From an uncultured Gemmatimonadales bacterium (GTDB lineage: Bacteria; Gemmatimonadota; Gemmatimonadetes; Longimicrobiales; Gaopeijiaceae), in assembly GCA_963809895.1 (NCBI GenBank), contig CAWELD010000003.1, forward strand, positions 3,104,001-3,168,000: a DNA stretch of 64,000 nt. The letters are read 5' to 3'. Under the pieces are notes generated by a model. That model had not been told where the DNA came from. It worked only from the letters and a program-made list of their open reading frames with translations, and ran no database searches. How positions within the stretch are numbered: position 1 is the first letter of the stretch; every line of letters begins with the position of its first letter. A program made the translations under genes and the position numbers. Below are positions 39,653 to 51,781 of this stretch, one piece after another.

Positions 39653-41709
39653 ATGAGCAAGAAGAACGTCATCATCGTCGAGGAAAGGAAGCCCGACCTG
39701 CACGGGGATTCGGTCTTCGAGGTAGAGCTGGAGCCTGGCGTCGAGGCCTCCCCGATTCGCTGGAGCGGTCAGAGCGAGCCGAGGCTCTGGTCCCTCACGC
39801 TGACGCATGTCAGCGGTCTGCAGGTGGTGGTGAGGGAGCGGGTTCGCGGCACTATCGAACTCGAATCGGAGTTCATCGACAGACGCGGAGGTGTTCTCAC
39901 GGTCAAGCCCCTGGTGGGGTTCTTCCCGATCGGATTCGTGTCACACGGAAGAGCTCGCGCGAGGATGAGAAACAGAAGTTCTCGCATGATCAGCAGAACG
40001 ACGACATGACAGCCGAATGGGGGGCGATCGACCCGGTCTGGTGGTGGAAGGAGAGCCGGAGCGGAACCAGCTTCGATCGTCCCTCCTTCCAGGACGTGCT
40101 CGACTTCTGTCGGTCCAATCCTCGCCCTGTCGGGGAGCCCGGCAGAGTGGAATGGTGGGCACCCCACCGGTTCGGGCGTAGCCTGGACGTGAACGGCCAG
40201 CCGGACATCATGAAGTTCATGGCCATGTACAACGAGTTCCAGAACCCGGAGTGGCACCTCCACTTCCTCAAGGTCCCCGGGTGAACCATCCCCTGGGGGA
40301 CGTGTTGAACATCGCTGTCTATGCCTACGCCGCGGCGGTGTACTCCAAGGACCTCTCGGAAAACGCCACCCGCGGTCGGCGTAGCGAGGGCGAGAAGGGT
40401 TGGTGGGTGAACGGCCAGGCTCCGTGGGGGACGAAACGCAAGGACACCCTTGAGGACCGAATTCTCGAGCCTGGCGAGAAGTCGAAGCCGGGTGGCGGGG
40501 GGACGATCCTGGTTGAGGACCCGGACATCCTACCGCATTGGAGGCCGTCCGCGGAGTCGTTCCTGGCGGGCGCCTCGTACAAAGGCATCGGCGAGGACCT
40601 CTACGACGTCGGCTTGCGCGGTCCTCAGGGCGGCGCCTTGGGACACCGACACATCCGGAACTTCCTCACGAACCGGCACCTGATCGGCGAGGTGAAGGTC
40701 CGAGACGCGGATGGCAACGTACAGTGGCCCCCGCCAAGTGGGATGCGCTGGTCGATCGCGCACTGTTCGAGAAGGTCGTGCAGGAGGCGGAGCGGCGGAA
40801 GTCACAGCCCCGGGACAAGAAGCGCACGTCGAAGGGGACCTTCCTCCTGCGGCCCGCATGCGCCCACTGCGGGATCGAGTACCACGGCGGACGTAACGGA
40901 AAGAAGCAGGGGAGTGCATGCACATACGTCCACCCGAAACCCCACAAGGTCCATCACCCCGAGATCTACGACGCCTATGTGGAGCACGAGTGCCGCGGGT
41001 GGACTGTACTCGCGGACGAGCTCGAAGGGGCGGTCAAGGACCTCATTCTCCGTGAGCGGACGTCTGTAGGCTACGAAGAGGAGATCCGGGCGCTGATCCT
41101 GGAGAAGGAGCAGTTCGAGCAGGGCGCCGCCGCCGCGGTGAAGGCGGCTGAGCAGAAGGTTGAAGACCTGGAGACCCAGCATCGGAGCCAAAGCCGGAGG
41201 TTGGCTCGTCTTCAGGAGAGGGAGATCGATGAGGACGCGCCCCTCGACGAACTGCGAGGCGACCCAGCAGAAGCTCAACGCCGCCCGATCAGAGGTCGAG
41301 AAGGCGCACGAGTTCCGACGCTCCCGAAGAGGTGGCCTGGGACCGCCTATCGAAGGTCATCGACGAGACGCGCAACCTTGCCGAGACGTGGGACAAGGTC
41401 GGGCTCGATGAGCGTAGGCTCCTACTCGACTGGTGGGTCCTGGACGTCCAGATCGTCGTGGAGCCGATCGAAGGGATGAAGAAGGCCAACGAAAAGACGG
41501 CCATCGTGACGCTCCGAAGTGACCCGAACGCCTCCCGCTACTTCGGGCTCGGTAACCGCCTCTCCAAGGCCGACTCGAGTTCGCCCCGGACGAACGCGTC
41601 GTCTTCTGATTCCGACGCCGCCGACAGCACGTCGGCGGCGTCTGCCGAGTCGATGCACCGCAAGCGCCCCGGCGGCGTGCCCGCGAACCAATGGATCAGG
41701 GTCTTGTAG
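39653..41709 (+). CDS. Large serine recombinase; several indels; 3' end uncertain
   Basis: Reconstructed VYTRKSS catalytic motif, SGTSFDRPSF, HRFGRS, LSENATRG..G.W.NGQAPWG, WDALVDRALFEKV, CAHCG zinc ribbon, coiled coil. Confidence 0.9.
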
Positions 41710-42895
41710 CGCCGACGCCAGCACGGGAACCGCCGCGTCCAAGCCCCAGTTGCCGAGTGCCACGCAGACGTTGCGGGCGAACCCGGAGCGTCCTGCACGT
41801 CGGATGGCGGAGCCGCGGGAGAACGATCCCCAGGAGGACTCGTCGAGAGCGGTCGTCAGCAGGTCGATCAGCGACGGCGAGGAGGTGCCGGGGTACCAGA
41901 CGTCCGACGGGAGCGGGCTCCACGCCGAACGGTGGTTGTCCTGGCGATCGGGCAGAGTATGCGGGCTCGGAGGAGGGGGTTGAGAACTTACGGGTAAACG
42001 GACACACCTCCTGGCAGATGTCGCAGCCGAACACCCGGTTCCCCATGAGGGGGCGGAGCTCTTCGGGAATCGCGCCACGGTGCTCGATGGTCAGGTAGGA
42101 GATGCACCGGGTTGCGTCCATGACCGGCGCGCCGTCCTCGTCGCGTCCCAGGAGCGCGCCCGTGGGGCAGGCGTCGAGGCACGCCCGGCACGAGCCGCAG
42201 TGGTCCGCCTCGAAGGGCTCGTCGGGGGGCAACTCCACATCCAGCAGCAGCACGCCCAGGAAGAACCACGAGCCTCGCCGGGGATGGATGAGCATGGTGT
42301 TCCGGCCGAACCAGCCGAGGCCGGCGCGCTGTGCCAAGTCCCGCTCGAGAATCGGGCCGGTGTCGACGTAGGCGCGGCCCGCGACTGCGGCGGGCGCCTC
42401 GGCGCCCTCTCTCCGCGCACCACCACCCGCGCCATCCGCGCCGCCGCCCGGCGGCCCGCCGACCCGCTCGTCTCCACCAGCACGCGCCCCCACTTCTCCC
42501 TCCAGCCACCGCAGCAATCCGAACAGCTTCTTCTTCACCACCTTGTGGTAGTCCCGTCCGCGCGCGTAGCGGGCGATGACGCCCACCCCGGGATCCCCCG
42601 GGACTCCGGGTGCGTCCTCCTGGAAGTACTCGTGGGCCACCACCAGCACCGAACGGACGTCCTCGAAGGTGCCGCGCAGATCCTCGCGGCGAGCCACCGC
42701 CTCGGGGCGGGCGAGGTAGTCCATGTCGCCGTGGCGACCCTCGGCCAGCCAGCGGCGGAAGAACGCCCCGTGCCTCGACGCGTCCGGCCGCGCGATGCCG
42801 GCAAGCGAGAACCCGCGCCGCCGGGCCTCCTCCTTCAGGTCGTCCGCGAGCCTTCGCGCCAGCACCCGCCGCCGCGCCGCACCTTCGTCCGTCAC
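41538..42895 (-). CDS. queG: Epoxyqueuosine reductase; hybrid of host 5' part and island-supplied 3' end; two indels in the 3' part
   Basis: ARYARGRDYH, YVDTGPILERDLAQRAGLGWFGRN, CGSCRACLDACP, CISYLTIE, GCDICQEVCP, ARNVCVALGNW. Confidence 0.95.
41997..42014 (+). repeat. att core, right copy
   Basis: Identical to 32804-32821; encodes QEVCP of QueG on the minus strand. Confidence 0.92.
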
Positions 42896-43992
42896 GCCGC
42901 CCGACCCCTCCGGTTGCGGGCCACCACGTCGAGAATGCGCTCGTGCTGCGCGAAGATCACGAGCTCGTCGCCCGCCGCCACGCGCTCGTCGGGCTCGGGG
43001 TCCACGGTGACGCTGCCGTGCCGGCACACCAGGACGATTTCCATGGTGTTGTCACGCTCCAGGTCGCCCACCGCTGCCCCAGCCAGGAACGAGCGCTCCC
43101 CGACCGTGAGCCGGATGGTCGAGTACTCCTCGCCGCCGATCTCCAGCGTCTGGGTGATCTCGATACCCAGCGCGGCCCCGGCGAAGGCGGGGGCCGACAG
43201 GTCGGCGGCGCTCATGACCGTGTCCACCATGCCGAAGCGCTGCATCTGATCGCCGATGGCCCGGTCCCACACCCGGGCCACCACCCGCACCTGACCGTTC
43301 AGCTCCCGCACCTTCATGACGGTCTCGAGGTTCACGCGGTCGTCGCCGGTGCACGCCACGAACACCTCCGCATGGGGCAGACCGGCGCGCTCGAGCGTGA
43401 TCGCCCGGCGGCCATCCCCCATAACCACGGGCACGTTCAAGCTCTCCAGCACCTCCTGCACTTCTTCGTTGGGACTGTGGTCCACCACCACCACCGGCAG
43501 TCCCATGTCCCGCAGGTCCCTCACCACACGCAGGCCCACGTGCCCGGCGCCGAAGACGATGGCGTGATTGCGATAGGTCATGGCCAGGGCCTCCCCCCAG
43601 CGGTCGCGGTTGTCGTCGCGGTTGAAGAACAGATCGAGAAAGTCCGCCGCGCCCAGGCCCACCAGCACGATGAACGTCACGGGCATGAGGTACCAGAACA
43701 GCGCCAGGTACCACGCCGACGGCACGTCTTCCGGGGCCTCCAGCAGCATGAGCTGCACGATGACGTAGGGGCGGTCGAACAGCGGGATCGCGGCGCCGCC
43801 GGCCAACCGGTGCAGCTCGCCGTAGACCAACCCCCCGATCGCCGTCACGAGCACGAATCCCCAGATCGAGACCCGGAACTCGCGCAGCAGCGCCAGGAAG
43901 TGGTAGCGCACCGCACTCACCCGTTGCACCGCACGGCGCAGGGCGGACACGCGCCGGGGCGCAGCCAGGCGACTGCCGACGACGCTGGACAC
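42892..43992 (-). CDS. TrkA-family (RCK N/C) potassium channel-like protein
   Basis: N-terminal TMs; HAIVFGAGHVG; CTGDDRVNL; TrkA_C tail; GTGA overlap with queG. Confidence 0.85.
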   Translation of the reverse strand: MSSVVGSRLAAPRRVSALRRAVQRVSAVRYHFLALLREFRVSIWGFVLVTAIGGLVYGELHRLAGGAAIPLFDRPYVIVQLMLLEAPEDVPSAWYLALFWYLMPVTFIVLVGLGAADFLDLFFNRDDNRDRWGEALAMTYRNHAIVFGAGHVGLRVVRDLRDMGLPVVVVDHSPNEEVQEVLESLNVPVVMGDGRRAITLERAGLPHAEVFVACTGDDRVNLETVMKVRELNGQVRVVARVWDRAIGDQMQRFGMVDTVMSAADLSAPAFAGAALGIEITQTLEIGGEEYSTIRLTVGERSFLAGAAVGDLERDNTMEIVLVCRHGSVTVDPEPDERVAAGDELVIFAQHERILDVVARNRRGRAA

Positions 43993-44159
43993 GGGTGGAG
44001 CCTCCCGGATGAAGGAAATGCCACCGCGGCGACACCCGGTGACGCGGCCCGCCGCGCGTGAAGGGTAGTCAACCCGACCCCGGACCGCACGGAACGTGTC
44101 TTGCTCTAGAGGAACTGGGGACCGCGGGATGGTTCGCATCCCCGATAGAGGAGGAAAAG

Positions 44160-44534
44160 ATGGAGGCAATTGGAGCAGCAGGTGGGCCATCGCCGAGGGC
44201 TACATCCCCGAGGAGAGCACGGGTCCCGAGCCCGCGATGACGAGCCACGAGACCGGCGTGCCTCCTCAACACCTCGGATCGGGACGCCCACGTGCGACAT
44301 CACGGTCTACTTCGCGCGACCGCGAGCCCGTCGGGCCCGTATCGCGTCACGGTCCCGCCCCGGCGCACCCGCCACGTCCGCTTCAACGACCTCGACGACC
44401 CGGAGCCGATCCCGCGGGGGACCGACTACGCCAGCGTGATCGAGTCCGACGTGCCCGTCGTGGTGCAGCACACGCGGCTGGACTCGCGGCAGGCGGAGAA
44501 CGCGCTCCTGACGACGATCGCCTATCACGAATGA
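44160..44534 (+). CDS. Sensory rhodopsin transducer (ASRT) family protein; frameshifted
   Basis: WAIAEGYIP..SHET; RRTRHVRFNDLDDPEPIP; IESDVPVVVQHTRLDSRQAENAL. Confidence 0.85.
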
Positions 44535-44563
44535 CGATCCAGCCTGACGCCGGAGGAGGACCC

Positions 44564-46382
44564 ATGAGCCAGACCGTCGCCGACTATCTCGTGCACCGCC
44601 TCCGCGAGTGGGGCGTCGACCCGCATCTTCGGCTATCCCGGGCGACGGCATCAACGGGATCATGGGCGCCCTCAACCGCGCCGAGGACGAGGTCGAGTTC
44701 GTCCAGGCCCGGCACGAGGAGCTGGCCGCCTTCATGGCCTGCGCCCACGCCAAGTTCACCGGCGAGGTGGGCGTCTGCCTCGCCACCTCCGGGCCCGGCG
44801 CCATCCACCTGCTGAACGGCCTCTACGACGCCAAGATGGACCACCAGCCGGTGGTGGCCATCGTCGGCCAGCAGGCGCGCGCCGCGCTGGGCGGCGACTA
44901 CCAGCAGGAGGTGGACCTCGATCTCCCTGTTCAAGGACGTGGCGCACCACTACGTGCCACATGGCCACGACGCCGGAGCAGACGCGGCACCTGGTGGACC
45001 GCGCCGTGCGCATCGCGAAGGCCGAGCGCGACGTCACCTGCATCATCTTCCCCAACGACGTCCAGGAGCATCGACCACCGAGGAGCCCGCCCCGCGCGCA
45101 CGGCACGGTGCACTCCGGCGTCGGCTACACGGCCGCCGCGCGTGGTCCCGCACGACGAGCGACCTGCGAGCGCGCCGCCGACGTCCTCAACGAGGGCGAG
45201 CGGGTCGCGATGCTGGTCGGGCCAGGGCGCGCTCGGCGCCACGCGAGGAGGTGATGGAGGTCGCCGACCTGCTGGGCGCCGGCGTGGCCAAGGCCATGCT
45301 CGGCAAGGCGGTCCTCGACGACGACCTGCCCTACTGCACCGGCGCGCATCGGCCTGCTGGGCACCAAGCCGTCCTGGAACCTCATGCAGGACTGCGACAC
45401 GCTCCTCATGGTCGGCACGAGCTTCCCGTACTCGGAGTTCCTGCCCGCCCGAAGGCCAGGCGCGCGGCGTCCAGATCGACATCGAGCCCCCGCATGCTCG
45501 GCATCCGCTACCCGACCGAGGTGCAACCTGGTCGGGCGACGCGCAGGAGACGTTGCGCGCGCTGATGCCCCACCTGGACCGCAAGGCGGACCGCCGCTGG
45601 CGCGAGGACGATCGAGGAGGACGTGGCCGAGTGGTGGACAGCTGCTCGAGGCGCGCGCCATGAACGACGCCGATCCCGATCAACCCGCAGCGGGTCTTCT
45701 GGGAGCTCTCGCCGCGCCTTGCCCGACGACGTGCATCCTGGCGTCGGACTCGGGCTCGGCGGCCAACTGGTACATGCGCGACCTGAAGGTGCGGCCGGGC
45801 ATGATGGCGTCGCTCTCGGGCAACCTCGCCACCATGGGTCCGGGCGTGCCCTACGTCATCGCGGCCAAGTTCGCCCATCCCGACCGGCCCGGCGATCGCC
45901 CTGGTCGGCGACGGCGCGATGCAGATGAACGGCATCAACGGCCTGATCACCATCGCCAAGTACTGGAAGCGACTGGGAGGATCCCGCGCCTGATCGATGT
46001 GCGTGCTCAACAACCAGCGACCTGAACCAGGTGACCTGGGAGCAGCGCGTCATGGAGGGCGACCCCGAGTTCGAGGCGTCCCAGAACGTCCCCGGGCTTC
46101 CGCTACGCGCGACTACGCCGAGCGGCTCGGCCTCAAGGGCATCCGCGTCGAGGACCCGGAGGCGCTGGGCCGGCGCGTGGGACGCGGCGCTCTCCGCCGA
46201 CCGGCCCACCGTGCTCGACGTGCGAGACCGACCCGAACGTCCCGCCGCTGCCGCCCCACATCAGCTTCGAACAGGCGCGCAAGTTCGCCCGCTCCATGCT
46301 GGAGGGCGACCCGCACCGGCGGGGCGTGATCGAAGCAGAGGGTCAAGGAGATGGTCGAGACCCTCGTTCCGCGAGCAGCTGA
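44564..46382 (+). CDS. Thiamine-pyrophosphate-requiring enzyme (pyruvate oxidase-like); many indels
   Basis: PGDGING, QARHEELAAF, TSGPGAIHLLNGLYDAK, SGNLATMG, GDGAMQMNG. Confidence 0.88.
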
Positions 46383-46392
46383 GGACGGCGCC

Positions 46393-47514
46393 GTGGGCTC
46401 CCCCGACCATCTCCCGGTGCCGGCGGTGGAGACCGAGGGCGTACTCGGTTCCCACCGACGCCCCGGAGTCGGACGGCACGCTGACCTGGGACGCCACGGG
46501 CCTGGTGGTGGTCCACGCCCGGGCCGGCGACGAGACCGGGCTCGGCTTCGCCTACACCATCGCCGGCCGCCGCCAGGCTCGTCGAGCAGCACGCTGGCGC
46601 CGGCGTTGGCGGGCGAGGACGCGCTGGCGCCGCGGGCGGCCTGGCATCGCATGTGGCACGCAGGTCCGCAACCTGGGTCGACCGGGGGTCGCGTCGTCGG
46701 CCATCGCGGCGGTGGACATCGCGCTGTGGGATCTGAAGGCCCGCCTCCTGGGCGTCCCGCTGGTGGACCTCTTCGGGGCGCTGCGCGCAGGCGATCCCGG
46801 CCTACGGAAGCGGGGGATTCACCTCGTACTCCGCTCGACCGGCTCCGGACGCAACTGGCCGGCTGGGCCGAAGCAGGGCTTCGCGCATGTGAAGATGAAG
46901 GTGGGGCGCGACCCCGACTGCCGACCCCGAGCGGGTGGCGGCCGCCCGCGAAGCCATGGGCGACGACGTGGCGCTCTTCGTGGACGCCAACGGCGCGCTA
47001 CGACCGCAAGCAGGCCCTGGCCTGCGACCGTCAGCTTCCGCGAGGAGTGGGGCGTCACGTGGATGGAGGAGCCGGTCTCCTCGGACGACCATGAAGGGCC
47101 TGCGGCTGCTCCGCGACCAGGGCCCCGCCGGGCATGGCACATCGCGGCCGGGGAGTACGGTGGGACCTGTTCGACTTCCGCGCGCTGCTGGAGGCGCGGC
47201 GCGGTCGACGTCGCTGCAGGCGGACGTCGGACCGCTGCGGCGGCTACACCGCCGTTCCTGCGGGTCGCCGCGCTGTGCGACGCCCACTGCGTCCCGCTGT
47301 CCGCCCACACGGCGCCGGCCTCCACACACCGGCCATGTGCGCCGTCCACCGCGCTATCCACGTCGAGTACTTCCACGACCACGCGCGCATCGAGTCCCTG
47401 CTCTTCGACGGAGCGCCTCGGCCCGAGGACGGCATGCTGCGCCCCCGCCGCGATCGGCCCGGGCATGGCCTGACCTTCAAACGATCGGATGCAGAGGACT
47501 ACCGTGTCACATGA
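46393..47514 (+). CDS. Mandelate racemase/enolase superfamily protein; many indels
   Basis: PTDAPESDGTLTW, VDIALWDLKAR, KMKVGR, VDANG, EEPVSSDD, EYFHDHARIE. Confidence 0.85.
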
Positions 47515-50500
47515 TGCCGAGGAGCGAGGAGAGGGCGGATCGAGATCGAGGGCGGTCGTGCTGCCCGTCGCAGGGCCGCGAGGCTTCAGCGGCGAGACCG
47601 CGGACGCGCGGCGCCTGGCCTCGGCGCTGACGGAGCCGCTGGAGGGAGACGTCCGCTTCGACGCAGGTCATCGGGCGGCGTACAGCCACCGATGCCTCCA
47701 ACTACCGCCAGCCACCGATGGGGGTGGTGCTGCCCCGGAGCAAGGAGGACGTGGAGCGCACGGTGGCGCATGTGCCGCGAGCACGGGGCGCCCGATCCTC
47801 GGCCGCGGAGGCGGCACGAGCCTGGCGGGCCAGTGCTGCAACGTGGCGGTGGTGCTGGATTTCACGCCGCTACATGAACCGGGTCCTGGAGATCGACCCG
47901 GAGCGCCGCATCGCCCGGGTGCAGCCGGGCTGCGTGCTGGACGACCTGCGCGAGGCGGCCGCCGAAGCACGGGCTGACCTTCGGGCCCGACCCGGCGACG
48001 CACGACCGCTGCACCCTCGGCGGAATGATCGGCAACAACTCGTGCGGCATCCACTCGGTCCATGGCGCACTGGCACCACGGCCCGCGCACCTCGGACAAC
48101 GTCTCGCGCCTCGAGGTCCTCACCTACGACGGCGCGCGCTTCTGGACCGGGCCGACCGACGACGAGGCTACCGGGCGCATCCAGGAGGCCGGCGGACGCC
48201 GGGCGGAGATCTACCGCGGACTGCGCGAGCTGCGTGAGCGACCACGCAGAGGAGATCCGCGCGCGCTATCCCGGACATCCCGCGGCGGGTGAGCGGCTAC
48301 AACCTGGACGAGCTGCTGCCGGAGAACGGCTTCAACGTGGCCCGGGCGCTGGTGGGCAGCGAGTGCACGCTGCGCTGATGGTCCTGGAAGCGGAGCTGCA
48401 CCTGATCCCCAAGCCCGCCGCCGACGCCCTGGTGCTGGTGGGCTACCGGGACGTCTACGAGGCCGCGGAGGACGTGCCCGACGATCATGGAGCTGCGAGC
48501 CCATCGGGCTGGAGGCGATCGACGAGCGGCTGATCGACTACATGAAGCGCAAAGGGCCTCAACGTCGAGGACCTGCGGGCTGCTGCCGGAGGGCAGCGCC
48601 TACCTGCTGGTGGAGTTCGGCGGCGACAGATCGCGAGGAGGCCGAGCGCGCGCGCCCAGGAATTCCGCGACGCCTTCGCGAGGACCGCGACGCGTCCCGT
48701 GGCGGTGAAGCTCTACGACGACCCCGAGGCCGAAGCGAAGGTCTGGGAGGTGCGCGAGTCGGGCCTGGGCGCGACGGCCTTCGTCCCGGGCATGCGCGCG
48801 ACACCTGGCCGGGTTGGGAGGACTCGGCGGTGCCGCCCGAACGGCTCGGGCGACTATCTGCGGGACTTCCGGCGCCTACTGGACGACCACGGCTACGACT
48901 GCTCCTTCTACGGCCACTTCGGCCAGGGCCTGCTGCACACCCGCATCGACTTCGCAGCTCGACCACCAGCCGCGGCATCCGCGCAGTTCATGCACTTCCT
49001 GAGGGACGCCGCCGGACCTGGTGACGTGCGCTACGGAGGCTCCCTCTCCGGCGAGCACGGCGACGGGCAGGCCCGCGGCGGCGCTGCTGTCGAAGATGTA
49101 CGGGCCGAGCCTCGACGGAGGCCTTCCGGACGTTCAAGCGCCTATGGGACCCCGAGTGGTAGGATGAACCCCGGGAAGGTCGTCGACGCCTGGCTCCCCG
49201 ACGAGAACCTGCGGGTCGGTGCCGGACTGGGAGCCCGAAGAGAACGCGGACACGTGGTTCGCCTTCCCGGACGACCACGGCAGCTTCGCCGCGGGCCACG
49301 CTCCGGTGCGTGGGCGTGGGGAAGTGTCGCCGTCACGGCGGCGGGACCATGTGTCCCAGCTACATGGCCACCCATGAGGAGCGGCACGCCACCCGGGGAC
49401 GGCGCGCATCCTGAACGAGATGATGCGCGGGCGAAGTCGTCACGCGACGGCTGGAGGAGCGAGGAGGCCCGGGAGGCCCTCGACCTGTGCCTGGCGTGCA
49501 AGGGATGCAAGGGCGACTGCCCCGTGAACGTCGACATGGCCACGTACAAGGCCGAGTTCATGGCGCACCATTACGAAGGTCGCCTCCGACCCCGCGCTCG
49601 CACTATGCCTTCGGGGGGATCTACTGGTGGTCGCGTTTGGCCTCTCACGCGCCCCGCCTGGTGAACTGGCTCGGGCGGACGCGCCCCCTTCTCGCGGCTC
49701 GCGAAGTGGGCGGCGGACGTGCATCCCCGCCGCACCATGCCGACCTTCGCGGAGCGGACCTTCAAGGACCTCTTCTTCTCCGAGCTCGCAGGGCGCGAAC
49801 CCCGACGGCCCGAAGGTCCTCTTCTGGGCCGACACCTTCAAGAACTACCTGCACCCCGAGCCCGCCATCGCCGCGGTGCGGGTGCTGCAGGCCCTCGGAT
49901 ATCAGCGTGGTCGGTCCCCGGCGCCGTCCCTGTGCTGCGGCCGCCCCCTCTACGACTTCGGCTTCCTGGGAAGGGCGAAGAAGCTGCTGCGGCAGACGAT
50001 GGAGGAGCTCCACGACGACATCGTCGATGGGCGTCCCCGTCGTCGGCGTCGAGCCGAGCTGCGTGGCCGCCTTCCGCGACGAGCTGCGTCGCAGCTCTTC
50101 CCGGAGGACCACGGTGGCCAGGCGGATGTCCCGCCAGACCTGGCTCTTCGGGGAGTTCCTCGATCGCTACGCGGCCGACGTCGATCTCCCGCGCCTGGGC
50201 GGCACCGCCCTGCTACACGGCCACTGCCACCAGAGGGCCGTGCTGGACTTCGACGCCGACCGCCGGGTCCTGGACCGGCTGGGGATCGAGGCCGAGCGTG
50301 CCCGAGTCCGGATGCTGCGGGATGGCCGGCCCCTTCGGCTTCGAGCGCGACCACTTCGATGTGAGCCAGGCGTGCGCGGAGCGGGTGCTCCTGCCCGCGG
50401 TACGCGACCGCGAAGACGGCGCGATGGTGGTCACCGACGGCTTCAGCTGCCGGACGCAGATCGAGCAGAACCATCGAAGGTGTGCGCCCGCTCAACCTGG

Positions 50501-50596
50501 CAGAGGTGGTATGGCGAGCCATGGAACGAGCACGGCATGACCGAGGAGGTCGGCCGGCCCCGACGGGCCTACCCGCAGGCCATGGGAACCCGATGA
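47511..50596 (+). CDS. FAD-binding, Fe-S oxidoreductase (GlcD/GlcF-like fusion); many indels
   Basis: GRGGGTSLAGQC, MIGNNSCG, GEHGDG, MNPGKVV, DLCLACKGCKGDCP, HGHCHQ, CCGMAG. Confidence 0.88.
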
Positions 50597-50618
50597 AGCG
50601 AAGCTGGAGGAGGAATCG

Positions 50619-51630
50619 ATGATCGGTGACAACGGACTGAAGAGGACGGGACGCGTGGTGGTGGTCACGGGTGGCACAGCCGGGGTGGGCCGGGCCACGG
50701 TGCAGGGCCTTCGCCGCCAACGGCGACGACGTGGCGATCCTGGCGCGGGGCGAGGACGGGCTGCGTGGGACGCGAGGGAGGACGTGGAGGCGCTCGGGAC
50801 GCCGCTGCCTCACGATCCCCACCGACGTCGCGGACGCCCGATCAGGTCGAGGCCGCCGCGGCGCGCATCGAGGAGGAGCTGGGGCCCATCGACGTCTGGG
50901 TGAACAACGCGATGACCACGGTGTTCGCGCCGCTGAAGGACATCGAGCCCGGACGAATACCGACGCGACCACGGAGGTCACCTACCTCGGCACGGTGTAC
51001 GGGACGATGGCGGCGCTGAGGCGCTTCCTGCCCCGCGACGGCGGCGTGATCGTCAGGTGGGCTCGGCCCTGGCCTACCGGGCCATCCCCCTGCAGGCGCC
51101 CTACTGCGGGGCGAAGCACGCGATCCGGGCCATGACCGACTCGCTCCGCTCCGAGCTGATCCACGACGGGAGCCGGGTGCACATCACCATGGTGCAACTC
51201 CCCGGGCTGAACACGCCGCAGTTCAACTGGTGCAGGACGAAGCTGCCCAACCACCCCCAGCCCGTGCCCCCGATCTATCCAGCCGGAGGTGGCGGCGGAG
51301 GGGATCGTGTGGGCGTCGAAGCACCGGCGGCGCGAGCTTGAGGGTGGGGATGCCGTTCGGTGAAGACCATCTGGGGCCAGAAGGTGGCGCCGGCATACAT
51401 GGACGAGTACCTGGCGGACGACACGTGGGAGAGGCCAGCAGATCGACGACGGATCCGGTGCGACGCGGACCGCCCGAGCAACCTGTTCGAGCCGGTGCCC
51501 GGCGACCATGGCGCGCACGGGCACCTTCGACGACCGCTCCGGAGCGAGAGCCCCAGCTGGAGCTGAACGAGCACGCTCTGGGCGGCGGTAGCGGTGGCAC
51601 TGGCGGCGGCGGGCTCGCGAGGTTGAGTTT
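50619..51630 (+). CDS. SDR family oxidoreductase; many indels; end approximate
   Basis: VTGGTAGVGRA, IDVWVNNA, YCGAKHA, LPGLNTPQF. Confidence 0.85.
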
Positions 51631-51781
51631 ATCGATCGGTGGCGGCGGCCGGGGATCTTTTGCCCGACAGAGGGAACACTACGTGGGAGAAGACGTCGAT
51701 CGAGGCCCGGCCGGTACGTGGACCGGGACCGAGGAGAAGGAGCGCCTGGATGGCGAACGATTCGATGAGCGAGTGCTGGAC

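Noticed and set aside
39653..41709. Programmed frameshifting in the recombinase
   Set aside because: Too many shifts, no clear slippery sites, and similar indels occur throughout the window; sequencing error or decay is simpler
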